A stretch of DNA of 64,000 nt from an uncultured Chloroflexia bacterium (lineage in GTDB: Bacteria; Chloroflexota; Limnocylindria; Limnocylindrales; CSP1-4): contig CAVVCZ010000004.1 of NCBI GenBank assembly GCA_963746845.1, positions 1,088,001-1,152,000 of the forward strand, read 5' to 3'. The notes beneath the pieces are model-generated. The model was not told the DNA's origin and did not search any database. It was given only the letters and a program-made list of their open reading frames with translations. This document shows, piece after piece, positions 17,476-29,340 of the stretch (within the stretch, counting starts at the first letter, position 1; every line of letters starts with the position of its first letter). The translations under genes and the position numbers were made by a program.

Positions 17476-19292
17476 CAGGCTCCCCCTCCGGCCTCGGCCA
17501 GGACCCGCAGTTCGTCGGACATCGGCGGGACCGGCGACGTCGTCACGGTCATCGCGTCGCCCTCCCGGCGGACGACGACGTTGAGCCTGCCCCATTTGGT
17601 ATCGGTCGACGGATGGTCGAGGCGGCTGTGGGCGCCACGGCTCTCCTTCCGCTTCAGTGCGCTCCGGGCGATCGCCTCCGAGATGTCGATCAGGTTGCGG
17701 AGCTCGAAGACGAGGTTCCAGCCGGGGTTGTAGGCCCGGCCGCCGGTCGCCCGGAGGTCCTTCGACCGCTCGCGGATGTCCGCGAGGCGGGTGATCGCCG
17801 TCTCGAGGTCCGCCTTGGTCCGGAAGATCCCGACGAGCGACTGCATCACCGCCTGGAGCTCCTCGCGGAGCCGGTACGGGTCGGTCCCCTCGGGGCGGGA
17901 CAGGGGCCCGTCCAGCTCGTCCTCGGCAGACCGAAGCTGGACCGGGTTCACGTACGGATCGTCGGCGATCGACGCCGCATGGGCCGTGGCGCCGGCGCCG
18001 GCCCGCTGCCCGAACACGAGCAGGTCCGACAGCGAGTTGCCGCCCAGCCGGTTCGCGCCGTGCATCCCGCCCGCCACCTCGCCCGCGGCGAACAGCCCGG
18101 GCACGGTCGTCGATCCGTTCTCCGCGTCGACGCGGATGCCGCCCATCACGTAGTGCGTCGTCGGGCCGACCTCCATCGGGCCGGCCGTGATGTCGACGTC
18201 GGCGAGCTCCTTGAACTGCTCGTACATCGAGGGGAGCTTGCGGCGGACGTGCTCGGCCGCCAGATAGCTGATATCGAGGAACACGCCGCCGTGGGGCGAG
18301 CCCCGGCCCTCCTTGACCTCGGTGTAGATCGCCCGGGCGACGTTGTCGCGGGTCGACAGCTCCGGTGGGCGCCGTGCGTCGGTCTGGCGCGATTCCGACA
18401 GCGCCTCGACCCAGGTCCGGGCCTCCTCGTCGGTCGCCGCGTACTCGTGTCGGCGGTCCTCCGGGAGGTACTCCCACATGAACCGCGTGCCGTCCTTGTT
18501 GCGGAGGATCCCGCCCTCGCCACGGACGGCCTCCGTCACGAGCAGCCCGCGGACGCCGGGCGGCCAGACCATCCCGGTCGGGTGGAACTGGACGAACTCC
18601 ATGTCGATCAGCTCGGCGCCGGCACGGAGCGCCAGCGCCTGGCCGTCGCCCGAGTACTCCCACGAATTCGACGTGATCTCGTACGCCTTGCCGATCCCGC
18701 CCGTCGCGAGGATGACCGCCTTCGCCGGGAAGACGATCGGCCGGCCGTCGATCCGGCGGTATCCGAACGCGCCGGTGACGCCCGCGCTGGTCGTCGTGAG
18801 GTGGGTGATCGTGTGTTCCATGTACACCGCGACGCCCATCGACACCACCCGGTCCTGGAGCGTCCGGATCATCTCGAGGCCGGTCCGGTCGCCGACATGG
18901 GCGAGCCGCGGGTACGAGTGGCCGCCGAACGGGCGCTGGAGGATCCGGCCGTCGCGCGTCCGATCGAAGACGGCGCCCCACTGCTCCAGCTCGCGCACCC
19001 GCTCGGGCGCCTCGAGGGCGTGGAGCTGGGCCATCCTGACGTTGTTCAGCATCTTCCCGCCGACCATCGTGTCCCGGAAGTGGGTCTGCCACGAGTCGCG
19101 ATCGTCGACGTGCCGGAGGGCCGCGGCGACGCCGCCCTCTGCCATCACGGTGTGGGCCTTGCCGAGGAGCGACTTGCAGACGAGCCCGACCGAGACGCCG
19201 GCCGCCGCGGCCTCGATCGCGGCCCGCAGCCCTGCCCCACCGGCGCCGATCACGAGGACGTCGTGCTGGTGGCGGTCCGCGGGGCTGATCAC
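17475..19292 (-). CDS. sdhA: Succinate dehydrogenase/fumarate reductase flavoprotein subunit
   Basis: GAGGAG, KAHTVMAEGG (covalent-FAD His), QFHPT, TEAVRGEG, HYVMGG, HGANRLGGNSL, ESRGAH. Confidence 0.95.
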   Translation of the reverse strand: MISPADRHQHDVLVIGAGGAGLRAAIEAAAAGVSVGLVCKSLLGKAHTVMAEGGVAAALRHVDDRDSWQTHFRDTMVGGKMLNNVRMAQLHALEAPERVRELEQWGAVFDRTRDGRILQRPFGGHSYPRLAHVGDRTGLEMIRTLQDRVVSMGVAVYMEHTITHLTTTSAGVTGAFGYRRIDGRPIVFPAKAVILATGGIGKAYEITSNSWEYSGDGQALALRAGAELIDMEFVQFHPTGMVWPPGVRGLLVTEAVRGEGGILRNKDGTRFMWEYLPEDRRHEYAATDEEARTWVEALSESRQTDARRPPELSTRDNVARAIYTEVKEGRGSPHGGVFLDISYLAAEHVRRKLPSMYEQFKELADVDITAGPMEVGPTTHYVMGGIRVDAENGSTTVPGLFAAGEVAGGMHGANRLGGNSLSDLLVFGQRAGAGATAHAASIADDPYVNPVQLRSAEDELDGPLSRPEGTDPYRLREELQAVMQSLVGIFRTKADLETAITRLADIRERSKDLRATGGRAYNPGWNLVFELRNLIDISEAIARSALKRKESRGAHSRLDHPSTDTKWGRLNVVVRREGDAMTVTTSPVPPMSDELRVLAEAGGGA

Positions 19293-20110
19293 AGGTGGAT
19301 GGCCGGGTCCGTGATGACCCCGAGGGCGAGAAGCCGGACGTACAGGTCCGCGAGGGTCACCGACAGGAGGCTCGCCCAGGCCCAGGCCATGTGGTGACGG
19401 TTCAGCGCGGTCAGCCGCTGCCACAGCCCGTACCGGACCCGCTGGCGACGGGTGCACGAGAAGCAGTCCATCCGCCCGCCGACGAAGTGGCGGGCCGAGT
19501 GGCATGACAGCGAGTACCCCGTCAGGAGGGTCACATTCACGAAGAAGACCACGACCCCGAGCCCGATCCGGATCCCGCCTTGCGGGCTGTTGAAGATCGA
19601 GGAGATCGCGTCCACCCACAGGAAGAACAGCGGGACGAACGCCAGGTACAGGAAGTAGCGGTGGATGTTCTGGAGGATGAACGGGAAGACCGTCTCCATC
19701 CGGTAGCCGCGATGGATCGTCGGCTCGCCGACCGCGCAGCCCGGCGGATCGGCGAAGTAGAACCGGTAGTAGGCCTTCCGGTAGTAGTAGCAGGTCGCCC
19801 GGAACCCGAGCGGGATCCAGAGGATCAGGATCGCAGGGCTGAACCACGACGGCAGCCAGCTGATGATGATCAACGGCGAGTAGAGCGGCGAGAGGTACCC
19901 GTCCACCTCGTACGGGAGCCCGGTCAGCGGCGTCCAGATGAGACCGCTGAAGAAGAGGTACGTGGCGCAGATCGTGAAGACGATCCCCTGGACGCCGGGG
20001 GCGACCCACCAGCGGTCGCGGCGGAGGGTGCGGCCGAGCCCGCGCGCCGCGGTCCCGGCCGGCTTGAGGACTGTCGATGGGGTCGGGATCGACTCCGGCG
20101 CCGCGGTCAT
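19289..20110 (-). CDS. Single-subunit SDH membrane anchor (Rv0249c-like)
   Basis: Multi-TM with [25 protein letters not shown] and SCHSARH motifs; directly upstream of sdhA. Confidence 0.85.
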   Translation of the reverse strand: MTAAPESIPTPSTVLKPAGTAARGLGRTLRRDRWWVAPGVQGIVFTICATYLFFSGLIWTPLTGLPYEVDGYLSPLYSPLIIISWLPSWFSPAILILWIPLGFRATCYYYRKAYYRFYFADPPGCAVGEPTIHRGYRMETVFPFILQNIHRYFLYLAFVPLFFLWVDAISSIFNSPQGGIRIGLGVVVFFVNVTLLTGYSLSCHSARHFVGGRMDCFSCTRRQRVRYGLWQRLTALNRHHMAWAWASLLSVTLADLYVRLLALGVITDPAIHL

Positions 20111-21132
20111 CGGGCGGTCGCGGTCGCCGCGGTCAGCCGGTCGATGATCGCGTCGGCGAACTCGCTCGTGCCGGCGTCGCCGCCGAGGTCGGACGTCGTG
20201 CGGCGGCCCTCGGCGATGACCGCCCGGAGCGCCCCTTCGACCTGCTCGGCCGCGTCCTGCTCGCCGAGGTGACGGAGCATGAGGACCCCCGACAGGATCA
20301 GCGCGGTCGGGTTCGCCTTGTTCTGCCCCGCGTACTTCGGCGCGGACCCGTGGACCGGCTCGAAGACCGCCGCCTCGGTGCCGATGTTCGCGCCGGGCGC
20401 CACGCCCAGCCCGCCGACGAGGCCCGCGCACAGATCGCTCACGATGTCGCCGTACAGGTTCGGGAGGACGAGGACGTCGTACAGCTCCGGCTTCTGGACG
20501 AGCTGCATGCACATGTTGTCGACGATCCGGTCCTCGAACTCGATCCGGCCCGCGTACTGCTCCGCGATCGTCCGACAGCTCTCGAGGAACAGCCCGTCGG
20601 AGAGCTTCATGATGTTCGCCTTGTGGACGGCCGTGACCTTGTGCCGGCCGTTCGCGACCGCGTAGTCGAACGCGAACCGTGCGATCCGCTCCGAGGCAGC
20701 GCGGGTGATGATCTTGATGCTCTCGGCGGCGTCCGGGCCGACCATGTGCTCGATCCCGGCGTACAGGTCCTCGGTGTTCTCGCGGACGATCACGAGATCG
20801 ACGTCGTCGTAGCGGGTCTTCAGGCCCTCGATCGAGCGCGCAGGCCGGAGGTTCGCGTAGAGCCCGAGCGTCTGGCGAAGCGTGACATTGACGCTGCGGA
20901 AGCCTGCGCCGACCGGTGTGGTGATCGGGCCCTTGAGGGCCACCTTGTTGCGCCGGATCGACTCGAGGACGGGTTCCGGAAGCGGCGTGCCGTGGGTCGC
21001 GAGCTGGGCCTCGCCCGCCTCCTGGACCTCCCAGTCGAACGCGACGCCCGAGGCGTCGAGCACACGACGGGTCGCCTCCGCCAGCTCCGGTCCGATGCCG
21101 TCGCCGGGGATCAGGGTCACACGGTGGGCCAT
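20107..21132 (-). CDS. icd: Isocitrate/isopropylmalate dehydrogenase family, probably isocitrate dehydrogenase
   Basis: [50 protein letters not shown]; TCA context. Confidence 0.85.
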   Translation of the reverse strand: MAHRVTLIPGDGIGPELAEATRRVLDASGVAFDWEVQEAGEAQLATHGTPLPEPVLESIRRNKVALKGPITTPVGAGFRSVNVTLRQTLGLYANLRPARSIEGLKTRYDDVDLVIVRENTEDLYAGIEHMVGPDAAESIKIITRAASERIARFAFDYAVANGRHKVTAVHKANIMKLSDGLFLESCRTIAEQYAGRIEFEDRIVDNMCMQLVQKPELYDVLVLPNLYGDIVSDLCAGLVGGLGVAPGANIGTEAAVFEPVHGSAPKYAGQNKANPTALILSGVLMLRHLGEQDAAEQVEGALRAVIAEGRRTTSDLGGDAGTSEFADAIIDRLTAATATAR

Positions 21133-21317
21133 GGCCCCGATTGTACCGACGGGGCGGGCAGCCCGACGGACGCGGCCGGCTTCAACTGGGGCCGGAGCGG
21201 GCGATGGCAACCGTGCCGTCTCCGCGACGCGGTACCATCGCGTCCCCCGGAGCCCGCCTGTCCGCCCGGGTCCCGATCGCTCAGACGACTGCCCTCCCGA
21301 TCCGGAGTCTGCCGCGC

Positions 21318-22499
21318 GTGAAGATCCAGGAAGCCGACGCCAAGTCGCTGCTCGTCGCCCAGGGCCTGCCGGTTCCTCCGTGGGAGGTCGCCACGACCGC
21401 CGCCGCGGCTCGCACGGCCGCCGAGCGGTTCCTCGCCGACGGGGCCGTGGGCGCAACGGTCGTGATCAAGGCGCAGGTGCTCGTCGGCGGCCGAGGCAAG
21501 GCCGGGGGCGTGAAGCTGGCCGGCTCGCCGGACGAGGCCGAGGCCGTCGCGGCGGCGATCCTTGCGCTCGAGATCAAGGGCATCCCCGTCCGGAAGGTCC
21601 TCGTGGGGCCGGCGGCGGACATCGTGAAGGAGTACTACCTGTCCGCGGTCCTCGACCGGGCCGGGCGGCAGATTCTCCTGATGGGCTCGGCCGAGGGCGG
21701 CGTGGAGATCGAGGCGGTCGCCGCAGAACGACCAGAGGCGATCGTCACGATCCCGGCGGACCCGTTCCTGGGCCTGCTCCCGTACCAGGCGCGAGAGATG
21801 GCCTTCCGGCTGGGGCTCGGGGCGCACCTGAAGGACGCCGTCGCGATCGCGACAGGACTGGTCCGGACGATGCGCGCCTACGACGCGGACCTGGTCGAGA
21901 TCAACCCCCTCGCGATCGTCCGCGAGACCGGCATCGACGGGCTCGTCAACGAACGGCTGCAGGGCCTCGACGCGAAGATCACGCTCGACGACTCCGCCCT
22001 GGAGCGACACCCCGGCCTCGAGGACCTCCGCGACCCCGACGACGAGGACCCGACCGACCGGGCCGCGCGCGAGGCCGGCCTGACGTTCATCAAGCTCGAC
22101 GGGACGATCGGCTGCATGGTCAACGGCGCGGGGCTGGCGATGACGACGATGGACCTCGTGAAGCGCGCCGGCGGCGAGCCCGCGAACTTCCTCGACATCG
22201 GGGGAGGCGCGCGGGCCGACAAGGTCGCCGTGGCGATGCGGCTGATCCTGGCCGACCCGAAGGTCAACGCGATCCTCGTGAACATCTTCGGCGGGATCAC
22301 CCGCGGCGACGAGGTGGCCCGGGGCCTGATCGAGGCCCGCGCCCAGCAGGAGCGGGACGTGCCGATGGTTGTCCGGATCGTCGGGACGAACGCGGTGGAG
22401 GCGGCGGTCCTGCTCCGCGACGCGGAGTTCCACACGGCGGACACGCTCGACGACGCCGCCGCCCAGGCCGTGGCCGCGTCGAAGGGGGCGGCCGCGTGA
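21318..22499 (+). CDS. sucC: Succinyl-CoA ligase beta subunit
   Basis: [42 protein letters not shown]. Confidence 0.97.
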   Translation: MKIQEADAKSLLVAQGLPVPPWEVATTAAAARTAAERFLADGAVGATVVIKAQVLVGGRGKAGGVKLAGSPDEAEAVAAAILALEIKGIPVRKVLVGPAADIVKEYYLSAVLDRAGRQILLMGSAEGGVEIEAVAAERPEAIVTIPADPFLGLLPYQAREMAFRLGLGAHLKDAVAIATGLVRTMRAYDADLVEINPLAIVRETGIDGLVNERLQGLDAKITLDDSALERHPGLEDLRDPDDEDPTDRAAREAGLTFIKLDGTIGCMVNGAGLAMTTMDLVKRAGGEPANFLDIGGGARADKVAVAMRLILADPKVNAILVNIFGGITRGDEVARGLIEARAQQERDVPMVVRIVGTNAVEAAVLLRDAEFHTADTLDDAAAQAVAASKGAAA

Positions 22500-23380
22500 G
22501 CATCCTGATCGATCGGGCGAGCCGGGTCGTCGTCCACGGCCTCACCGGCCGCGAGGGCTCGTTCCACGGCGCCGCGATGCTCGAGTACGGCACCCAGGTC
22601 GTCGCGGGGATGACGCCGGGCAAGGGCGGCCAGACGGCGCTGGACGGGAAGGTCCCGGTCTTCGACACGGTCGCCGACGCGGTCCGCGAGACGGGCGCCG
22701 ACACGTCCTGCATCTTCGTCCCGGCGGCGGGCGCCCCGGACGCGGTGATGGAGGCGGCGGCCGCGGGGGTCAGGACCATCTTCTGCATCACCGAGGGGAT
22801 CCCGGCGCTCGACATGATCCCGGCCGTCGAGCGCGTGCGGGCGGCCGGCGCGCGCCTGATCGGCCCGAACTGCCCGGGCGCGACGTCGCCCGGGCGGGCG
22901 AAGGTCGGGATCATCCCCGGCTCCATCCACCGCGAGGGCCGGGTCGGGGTCGTGTCGCGATCCGGCACGCTGACGTACGAGGCGGTCCAGGCCATGACCG
23001 ACGCCGGGATCGGCCAGTCGACGTGCGTCGGGATCGGCGGGGACCCGATCATCGGGACGACGTTCCTCGACGTGCTCCAGCTCTTCGCCGCAGACCCCGA
23101 GACCGAGGCGATCGTCCTGATCGGCGAGATCGGCGGGGCGGCCGAGGAGACGGCCGCCGCGTGGGCCGCGGAGCACCTCCGGGACGTCCCGAAGGCGGCG
23201 TTCATCGCGGGCCGAACGGCACCCGAGGGCAAGCGGATGGGCCACGCCGGGGCGATCATCTCGGGCGGCGCGGGGACGGCCGCGTCAAAGGTCGCGGCCC
23301 TGGAGGCGGCCGGGTTCCGGGTCGCCGGCTCGCCGACCGAGCTGCCGGCGCTCCTGCGCGACGCGGGGTACCAGGGCTAG
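22496..23380 (+). CDS. sucD: Succinyl-CoA ligase alpha subunit
   Basis: [27 protein letters not shown] (phospho-His). Confidence 0.97.
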   Translation: MSILIDRASRVVVHGLTGREGSFHGAAMLEYGTQVVAGMTPGKGGQTALDGKVPVFDTVADAVRETGADTSCIFVPAAGAPDAVMEAAAAGVRTIFCITEGIPALDMIPAVERVRAAGARLIGPNCPGATSPGRAKVGIIPGSIHREGRVGVVSRSGTLTYEAVQAMTDAGIGQSTCVGIGGDPIIGTTFLDVLQLFAADPETEAIVLIGEIGGAAEETAAAWAAEHLRDVPKAAFIAGRTAPEGKRMGHAGAIISGGAGTAASKVAALEAAGFRVAGSPTELPALLRDAGYQG

Positions 23381-23396
23381 GGCGGCCGGGGACGTC

Positions 23397-23924
23397 ATGA
23401 CGATCGACGACATCCGCGATCTGTTCGCCTACGACCGCTGGGCGACCGGCCGGCTGCTCGCGGTCCTGCCGGGGATCGACGAGGCCACCTGGTCCGCCGC
23501 GAACGTCATCGACGAGCGCGGCCTCGGCGGGATCCTCGTCCACCAGCTCGGGGCGTACCAGCGCTGGCGCCACGGCCTCGTCGAGGACGGCGAGACCCCG
23601 CGGCCCGAGCGTGAGCCGCTCCCGACACCCGGGGACCTGACCGCCCGCTGGGAGCGAGAGTGGCCGGCGATGGACGCCTGGCTCGCGACGCTCGACGACG
23701 CCTGGCTGGCACGGGACGACGAGGGCGTCGGGTTCGCGCGGATGCTCCAGCACGTCGCGAACCACGGGACGCAGCACCGCTCGGAAGCGGCCGCGCTGCT
23801 CACGCAGGCCGGGCGCTCCCCCGGCGACCTGGACATGATCGTCTGGCTCGAGGAGCGAGCCGGCTGGGTCGACGGGGTGCCGCCCTCGCAGCAGGGCGCC
23901 GGAGGGGCGGCGGGCGGCGGATGA
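23397..23924 (+). CDS. DinB family protein
   Basis: YDRWAT, ILVH and HVANHGTQHRSE metal-binding His pattern. Confidence 0.88.
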   Translation: MTIDDIRDLFAYDRWATGRLLAVLPGIDEATWSAANVIDERGLGGILVHQLGAYQRWRHGLVEDGETPRPEREPLPTPGDLTARWEREWPAMDAWLATLDDAWLARDDEGVGFARMLQHVANHGTQHRSEAAALLTQAGRSPGDLDMIVWLEERAGWVDGVPPSQQGAGGAAGGG

Positions 23925-24391
23925 GCGCCCTGATGGACCTGATCGCGGGCGACGAGCGATCGATCCTGCTCGCGATCTCCGTCGACGACTGGGAGGGCTT
24001 CGACGACCCGTCCCGGTTCGACGCCCACCTGTCGCTCGGAGGCGGTCTCGATCCCACCTGGCTCGACCTCTTCTCGGAGGCGGTCCGGAGCACGACCGGG
24101 GACGACGCGCCGGCCGACTTCCTCGACGCCCGGCGGGAGCTGGACGGATCGAGCGAGGGCGGCGATCGTGTCCTCGAACGGGTCGATCCAGGATGGGTGG
24201 GGGCGATCGCCCGGCTCGCCGACCAGCACGTCGACGCGGTGGCGGGTCGCTGGATCGACCTCGTCGAGGAGGAGCTGGGCATGCTGCCGCGCGAGGAGAA
24301 GCCCTGGATCCGCCAGCTCGCCGGCGACATCGTCGAGTTCTGCCGGGCGGCGGACCGCTCGCAGGACGTCCTGTTCGCCTGGTCGCTGTGA
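23921..24391 (+). CDS. Acidic hypothetical protein
   Basis: ATGA overlap with the dinB-family gene; strong GC3 bias. Confidence 0.75.
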   Translation: MSALMDLIAGDERSILLAISVDDWEGFDDPSRFDAHLSLGGGLDPTWLDLFSEAVRSTTGDDAPADFLDARRELDGSSEGGDRVLERVDPGWVGAIARLADQHVDAVAGRWIDLVEEELGMLPREEKPWIRQLAGDIVEFCRAADRSQDVLFAWSL

Positions 24392-24398
24392 AGGTCTG

Positions 24399-25022
24399 AT
24401 GGCCACATTCGACGAGCGCGCGAAGGATTGGGACACGCCGGAGCGGATCGCGCGGGCCGTCGAGGTCGCCGGGGCGATCCGCGCGGCCGTCCCGCTCACC
24501 CGGAGCGATCGCCTGATCGACGTCGGGGCGGGCACCGGGCTGCTCGGACTCGCGCTCGCGGAAGACGTCGGCTCGGTCGTCCTCGCCGATCCGTCGAGCG
24601 GGATGATCGAGGTCGCGACCGAGAAGCTGCGCGACGGCGCCTTCCCGACGGCGACCGCGGTCCGGCTCGACCTCGTCGCCGATCCGTCCCCGGCCGAGCC
24701 GTTCGACGTCGCGGTGTCGTCGCTCGTGCTGCACCACATCGAGGACACGGCCGCCGCGCTCGCCGCGGTCCGGCGGCTCGTCCGGACGGGCGGCTGGATC
24801 GGCCTCGCCGACCTCGACACGGAAGACGGCACCTTCCACACCCCGGAAGCCGAGGGGATCCATCATCTCGGCTTCGACCGCGCCGCGATCGAGGCCCTCG
24901 CCCGGGACGCGGGCTTCGTCGACGTCTCGACCCGGACGGCGATGACGATCGACGAAGGCGGCCGGTTTCCCGTGTTCCTCCTGACCGGCCGCGGCGGAAC
25001 GGGGGCTCCGGGGGGTCAGTAG
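24399..25022 (+). CDS. Class I SAM-dependent methyltransferase
   Basis: FDERAKDWD, DVGAGTG, SLVLHHI, HHLGF. Confidence 0.9.
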   Translation: MATFDERAKDWDTPERIARAVEVAGAIRAAVPLTRSDRLIDVGAGTGLLGLALAEDVGSVVLADPSSGMIEVATEKLRDGAFPTATAVRLDLVADPSPAEPFDVAVSSLVLHHIEDTAAALAAVRRLVRTGGWIGLADLDTEDGTFHTPEAEGIHHLGFDRAAIEALARDAGFVDVSTRTAMTIDEGGRFPVFLLTGRGGTGAPGGQ

Positions 25023-25498
25023 CCGAGGCTCTTCCAGGAGGGGCCGCCGGGGGCCTCGATGAGCTCGACGAGCACGCCGTGGCACGAGCGCGGGTGGATG
25101 AACGCCACGGGTCCCTCGGCGCCGCGTCGCGGGGCGCTGTCGATCAGCTCGAGGCCGTCGATCTCGAGGTGGAGCAGGGTCTCGGCGAGGTTTGGGACCT
25201 CGAAGCAGATGTGGTGGAAGCCCTCGCCCTTCGTCTCGAGGAATCGGGCGACGCCGGTCGTATCGTCGGTCGGCTCGACCAGCTCCACCTTCGACTCGCC
25301 GACCGGGAGGAACGCGATCCGGACCCGGTCCTGTGGGATGTCCATGACCTCCTCGAGCGGGAGGCCCAGCGTGTCGTGCCAGAACCGACCGGCGTCCTCC
25401 ATCGAGCGGACGATCAGCGCGACGTGATGGATCTTGCCGAGGCCGCGGAGCCGCGGCGGGACCCGATCGACGCGAGACGGCATGGCGTTCCCCTTCAC
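25016..25498 (-). CDS. mce: Methylmalonyl-CoA epimerase
   Basis: [29 protein letters not shown]; follows the mutase gene. Confidence 0.92.
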   Translation of the reverse strand: MKGNAMPSRVDRVPPRLRGLGKIHHVALIVRSMEDAGRFWHDTLGLPLEEVMDIPQDRVRIAFLPVGESKVELVEPTDDTTGVARFLETKGEGFHHICFEVPNLAETLLHLEIDGLELIDSAPRRGAEGPVAFIHPRSCHGVLVELIEAPGGPSWKSLGY

Positions 25499-27174
25499 AC
25501 GGTGATCAGCTCGCGATGGACGCCGAACGCGCTCCGGAGCCGATCGCTGATCTCGCCGACGGTGGCGTGGGCCTTGACGGCGTCGATGATCGGCGGCAGC
25601 AGGTTGTCCGTGCCCCGGGCGGCGGCCTCGAGACGGTCGAGCGACGCCCCCCAGGCCGCCGCATCCCGCTCGGCGCGAACACGACGGACCCGTTCGACCT
25701 GGCGGCGCTCCCCTTCGGGATCGATCCGCTGGATCGGCGCCTTCGCCTCACCGGCCCCGTCGTCGCGGAACGTGTTGACCCCGACGACGACGAGATCGCC
25801 CCGCTCGATCGCCTGCTGGACCCGGTAGGCCGACTCCTGGATCTGGCGCTGCTGGAAGCCGCCCTCGATCGCGGCGAGGGTTCCGCCCATCGCGTCGATC
25901 TCCTCCAGGTAATCGAGGGCCGCGCGCTCGAGCTGCGTCGTCAGCGTCTCGACGAAGTACGAGCCGGCCAGCGGATCCGGCGTCTCGGTCACGCCGCTCT
26001 CGTGGGCGAGGATCTGCTGGGTGCGGAGCGCCAGCCGGGCCGAGGCCTCCGTCGGAAGGGCAAGGGCCTCGTCGCGGGCGTTCGTGTGGAGGCTCTGGGC
26101 GCCGCCGAGCACGGCCGCGAGCGCCTGGACGGTCGTCCGCACGACGTTGTTGTCGATCGACTGAGCCGTGAGGCTGGAGCCGGCCGTCTGGACGTGGAAC
26201 CGGCACGCCATCGAACGTTCGTTCGAACTGCCGAAGCGATCCCGCACGATCCGGGCCCACAGCCGACGGGCGGCCCGGAACTTCGCGACCTCCTCGAACA
26301 GCTCCGACCAGGCCGCGAAGAAGAAGCTCAGGCGGGGGGCGAACTCGTCGATGTGCAGGCCCCGGGCCACCGCGGCCTCGGAGTAGGCGATCGCGTCGGC
26401 GAGGGTGAACGCGAGCTCCTGCGCGGCGGTCGCCCCCGCCTCCCGCATGTGGTAGCCCGAGATCGAGATCGTGTTCCAGCGGGGCAGCTCGCGCGAGCAG
26501 AACTCGAAGATGTCAGTCACGAGGCGCATCGACGCCGCCGGCGGGTAGATCCACGTCCCGCGGGCGATGTACTCCTTGAGGATGTCGTTCTGGGTCGTGC
26601 CCGCGATCCGGTCACGGGCGACCCCCTGCCCCTCGGCCGCGGCGACGTACAGGGCGAGGAGGATCGGCGCCGTCGCGTTGATCGTCATCGACGTGCTGAC
26701 CTCGTCGAGCGGCAGGCCCGCGAGGAGGATCTCCATGTCCGCGAGGCTGCTGATCGGCACCCCGACCCGGCCGACCTCGCCCGACGCCTCGGGCGCGTCC
26801 GAGTCGTAGCCCATCTGGGTCGGGAGGTCGAACGCGACCGACAGCCCGGTCTGGCCCTGCTCGAGGAGGTATCGGAAGCGCTGGTTCGTCTCCTCGGCCG
26901 TCGCGAAGCCCGCGTACTGGCGCATCGTCCAGAGGCGGCTGCGGTACATCGTCGGCTGGACGCCGCGCGTGAACGGCGGCTCCCCGGGGAAGCCGAGGTC
27001 GCGATCGGAGTCGAACTCGATCGCCTCGAGGTCCGCCGCGGTGTACAGGTCGGCGATCTCCAGGTCGGAGCTGGTCGCGAACCGGTCGCGCCGCTCCGGG
27101 GCGGCCTTGAGCGCCCGCGCGCGGGCCGTCGAGCGCCAGCGCTCGAGGGCGTCGCCCGGCCGCTCCTCGGTCAC
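25495..27174 (-). CDS. Methylmalonyl-CoA mutase, stand-alone catalytic subunit
   Basis: WTMRQYAGF (Tyr), [12 protein letters not shown] (Arg), SISGYH; no B12-binding domain. Confidence 0.93.
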   Translation of the reverse strand: MTEERPGDALERWRSTARARALKAAPERRDRFATSSDLEIADLYTAADLEAIEFDSDRDLGFPGEPPFTRGVQPTMYRSRLWTMRQYAGFATAEETNQRFRYLLEQGQTGLSVAFDLPTQMGYDSDAPEASGEVGRVGVPISSLADMEILLAGLPLDEVSTSMTINATAPILLALYVAAAEGQGVARDRIAGTTQNDILKEYIARGTWIYPPAASMRLVTDIFEFCSRELPRWNTISISGYHMREAGATAAQELAFTLADAIAYSEAAVARGLHIDEFAPRLSFFFAAWSELFEEVAKFRAARRLWARIVRDRFGSSNERSMACRFHVQTAGSSLTAQSIDNNVVRTTVQALAAVLGGAQSLHTNARDEALALPTEASARLALRTQQILAHESGVTETPDPLAGSYFVETLTTQLERAALDYLEEIDAMGGTLAAIEGGFQQRQIQESAYRVQQAIERGDLVVVGVNTFRDDGAGEAKAPIQRIDPEGERRQVERVRRVRAERDAAAWGASLDRLEAAARGTDNLLPPIIDAVKAHATVGEISDRLRSAFGVHRELITV

Positions 27175-27184
27175 GCGGCCGCCC

Positions 27185-27721
27185 TCATGTCAGCACGACC
27201 AGCAGGTCGCCGCGCTCGATCGTCTGGCCCTCCCCGACCGCGACACGCTCGACCGTGCCCGATCGCGGGGCGCGCAGCTCGTTCTGCATCTTCATCGCCT
27301 CCACGACGAGGAGGGTCTCTCCGGCCTGGACGATCTCACCGGCCGTGACCCGGACGGCCGCGATCCGCCCGGGAATGATCGCGCGGATGTCCGCGGGCCC
27401 GCTCGCCGTCGTCGCATCGGCCGTCCGGGTCGCCCACCGGCGGATCCTCGCGCGCCGGGCATCCTCGACCTCGAGCTCGAAGCGCCAGCCGTCGACGACC
27501 ACCTCCAGCCGCCGCGGCGCGCCGGAGGACGACGGCGCGGACGCCACCGTGCCATCGTGGTTCGCTCGGGCATCGTCGGCCGCGCGGGCGAGCCGGACAC
27601 GCCCGCGCCCGAGATCCGTGACCGTCGGCGCGTCCGCACCTCGCGGATCGAGGTCCCGGGCCTCGGCCTCCGCCGGGTGACCCGTGACGTTCAGGGGGAC
27701 GACGCGAACGATGTCGCTCAC
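27185..27721 (-). CDS. Biotin carboxyl carrier protein
   Basis: EAMKMQNE biotinylation motif; GTG start overlaps the upstream TGA. Confidence 0.9.
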   Translation of the reverse strand: MSDIVRVVPLNVTGHPAEAEARDLDPRGADAPTVTDLGRGRVRLARAADDARANHDGTVASAPSSSGAPRRLEVVVDGWRFELEVEDARRARIRRWATRTADATTASGPADIRAIIPGRIAAVRVTAGEIVQAGETLLVVEAMKMQNELRAPRSGTVERVAVGEGQTIERGDLLVVLT

Positions 27722-29340
27722 CGGGGCCACCGATCGAGGCCCCGGATCCGACCGGCCCGGGTCCATGACGAGGGGGCGGCGACGCGCCGTGAGGGCGAGG
27801 CGCCGGCCGAGCCGTCGGGGACATCCGCGCCATGGGTCGGGACGAACCCGCCGCCGGCCGCTGCGGCCATCCACCGGGCCGCGTCGAGCGCCGCCTCTCG
27901 GGCCGGGACGAGGGCCGCCGACCACGTCTCGTCCACCCAGTCGGTCGACGGCGGTCCCGCGCGGAACGCGGCATCGTGGGCGATGAAGCGGTGGAACGGC
28001 AGGGTTGTCTGGATCCCGCCGACAGACGTCTCGTCGAGCGCCCGGGCGAGGCGGTCGAGCGCCCGATCTCGATCGGCGTCCACGACCATGATCTTCGCGA
28101 CCAGCGGGTCGTAGTCGGGCGGCACTCGGTCGCCCACCTCGACGCCTGCGTCGACCCGGATCCCCGGCCCGGCCGGCATCTCCCAGCGCGTGATCCGCCC
28201 GGGTGCCGGGGTGAAGTCCCGACCGGGGTCCTCCGCGGACAGCCGGACCTCGATCGCGTGGCGGACCGGTGTGGCAGCCTCCTCGGCGGCCCGGAGGATC
28301 CCGGCCGACAGCGGCCGGCCCGCCGCGACGCCGAGCTGCTCGCGGACGATATCGACGTCCGCGACGAGCTCGGTCACGCCGTGCTCGACCTGGAGACGCG
28401 TGTTGACCTCGAGGAACCAGAACCTGCGGTCCTCGTCGAACAGGAACTCGGCGGTCGCGGCGTTCTCCAGCCCGGCCGCCCGTGCCGCCCGGATCGCCAG
28501 GTCGTGCAGCCCGTGGCGTTCGTCCGTCGACAGCCCCGGCGCCGGCGCTTCCTCGACGAGCTTCTGGTGTCGTCGCTGGAGCGTGCAGTCGCGTTCGCCG
28601 AGCGCCACGATCGTCCCGTACCGGTCGCCGATCAGCTGGACCTCGATGTGGCGGGCCGGCCGGATCTCGCGCTCGAGGTAGACGGTCCCGTCGCCGAAGG
28701 CCGACCGCGCCTCGGCGGCCGCCGCAAGGAGAGCCGCGGGCAGCTCGGCGACGGTCGTCACTCGGCGCATCCCCCGCCCTCCCCCTCCGGCCGCGGCCTT
28801 GACGAGGAGTGGATAGCCCGTTCGCTCGGCATCGGCGACCACGGCGTCAATCTCGTCCGGGCGGTCGACCGGGGCGGGCTCGAGCGTCCCGGGCACGACC
28901 GGGACACCCACCGCCGACGCCGACCGACGGGCCGCCAGCTTGTCGCCGAGCGCCGCGATCGATGCGCTGGACGGCCCGACGAAGACGAGACCGGCGTCCT
29001 CGACGGCCCGGGCGAACCAGGCCCGCTCGGCCAGGAAGCCGTATCCCGGGTGGACGGCTCCGGCGCCGGCCGCCCGGGCCGCCTCCACGATCGCCTCGCC
29101 GCGAAGGTAGCTCTCGGTCGCCGGAGCCGGGCCGATCCGGACGGCCGCGTCGGCGGCTCGGACATGAGCGGCACGCTCGTCCGCGTCGCTGTAGACGGCA
29201 ACGGTCTCGATCCCGAGCTCGCGGCACGCGCGGATGATCCGGAGCGCGATCTCCCCGCGGTTGGCGATCAGCAGCCGGTCGAACGGTCGCTCGCCGCCGT
29301 TGTCTTTGCGTAAAGACGGCCGCGTCGTGACGTCCGTCAA
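27718..29340 (-). CDS. Biotin carboxylase subunit of an acyl-CoA carboxylase
   Basis: [40 protein letters not shown]. Confidence 0.95.
   Translation of the reverse strand: MTDVTTRPSLRKDNGGERPFDRLLIANRGEIALRIIRACRELGIETVAVYSDADERAAHVRAADAAVRIGPAPATESYLRGEAIVEAARAAGAGAVHPGYGFLAERAWFARAVEDAGLVFVGPSSASIAALGDKLAARRSASAVGVPVVPGTLEPAPVDRPDEIDAVVADAERTGYPLLVKAAAGGGGRGMRRVTTVAELPAALLAAAAEARSAFGDGTVYLEREIRPARHIEVQLIGDRYGTIVALGERDCTLQRRHQKLVEEAPAPGLSTDERHGLHDLAIRAARAAGLENAATAEFLFDEDRRFWFLEVNTRLQVEHGVTELVADVDIVREQLGVAAGRPLSAGILRAAEEAATPVRHAIEVRLSAEDPGRDFTPAPGRITRWEMPAGPGIRVDAGVEVGDRVPPDYDPLVAKIMVVDADRDRALDRLARALDETSVGGIQTTLPFHRFIAHDAAFRAGPPSTDWVDETWSAALVPAREAALDAARWMAAAAGGGFVPTHGADVPDGSAGASPSRRVAAPSSWTRAGRIRGLDRWPR
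29302..29317. promoter_or_regulatory. Candidate parS palindrome, copy 1 (GTCTTTGCGTAAAGAC)
   Basis: One mismatch from the perfect palindrome GTCTTTGCGCAAAGAC; recurs at 30906 and 32449. Confidence 0.6.

Noticed and set aside
20882-23380. 832-aa ORF suggesting an extended SucD; similar long ORFs for SdhA, SdhB, MurB and MurD
   Set aside because: Upstream parts are stop-free shadow frames of neighbouring genes; true starts overlap the upstream stop codons
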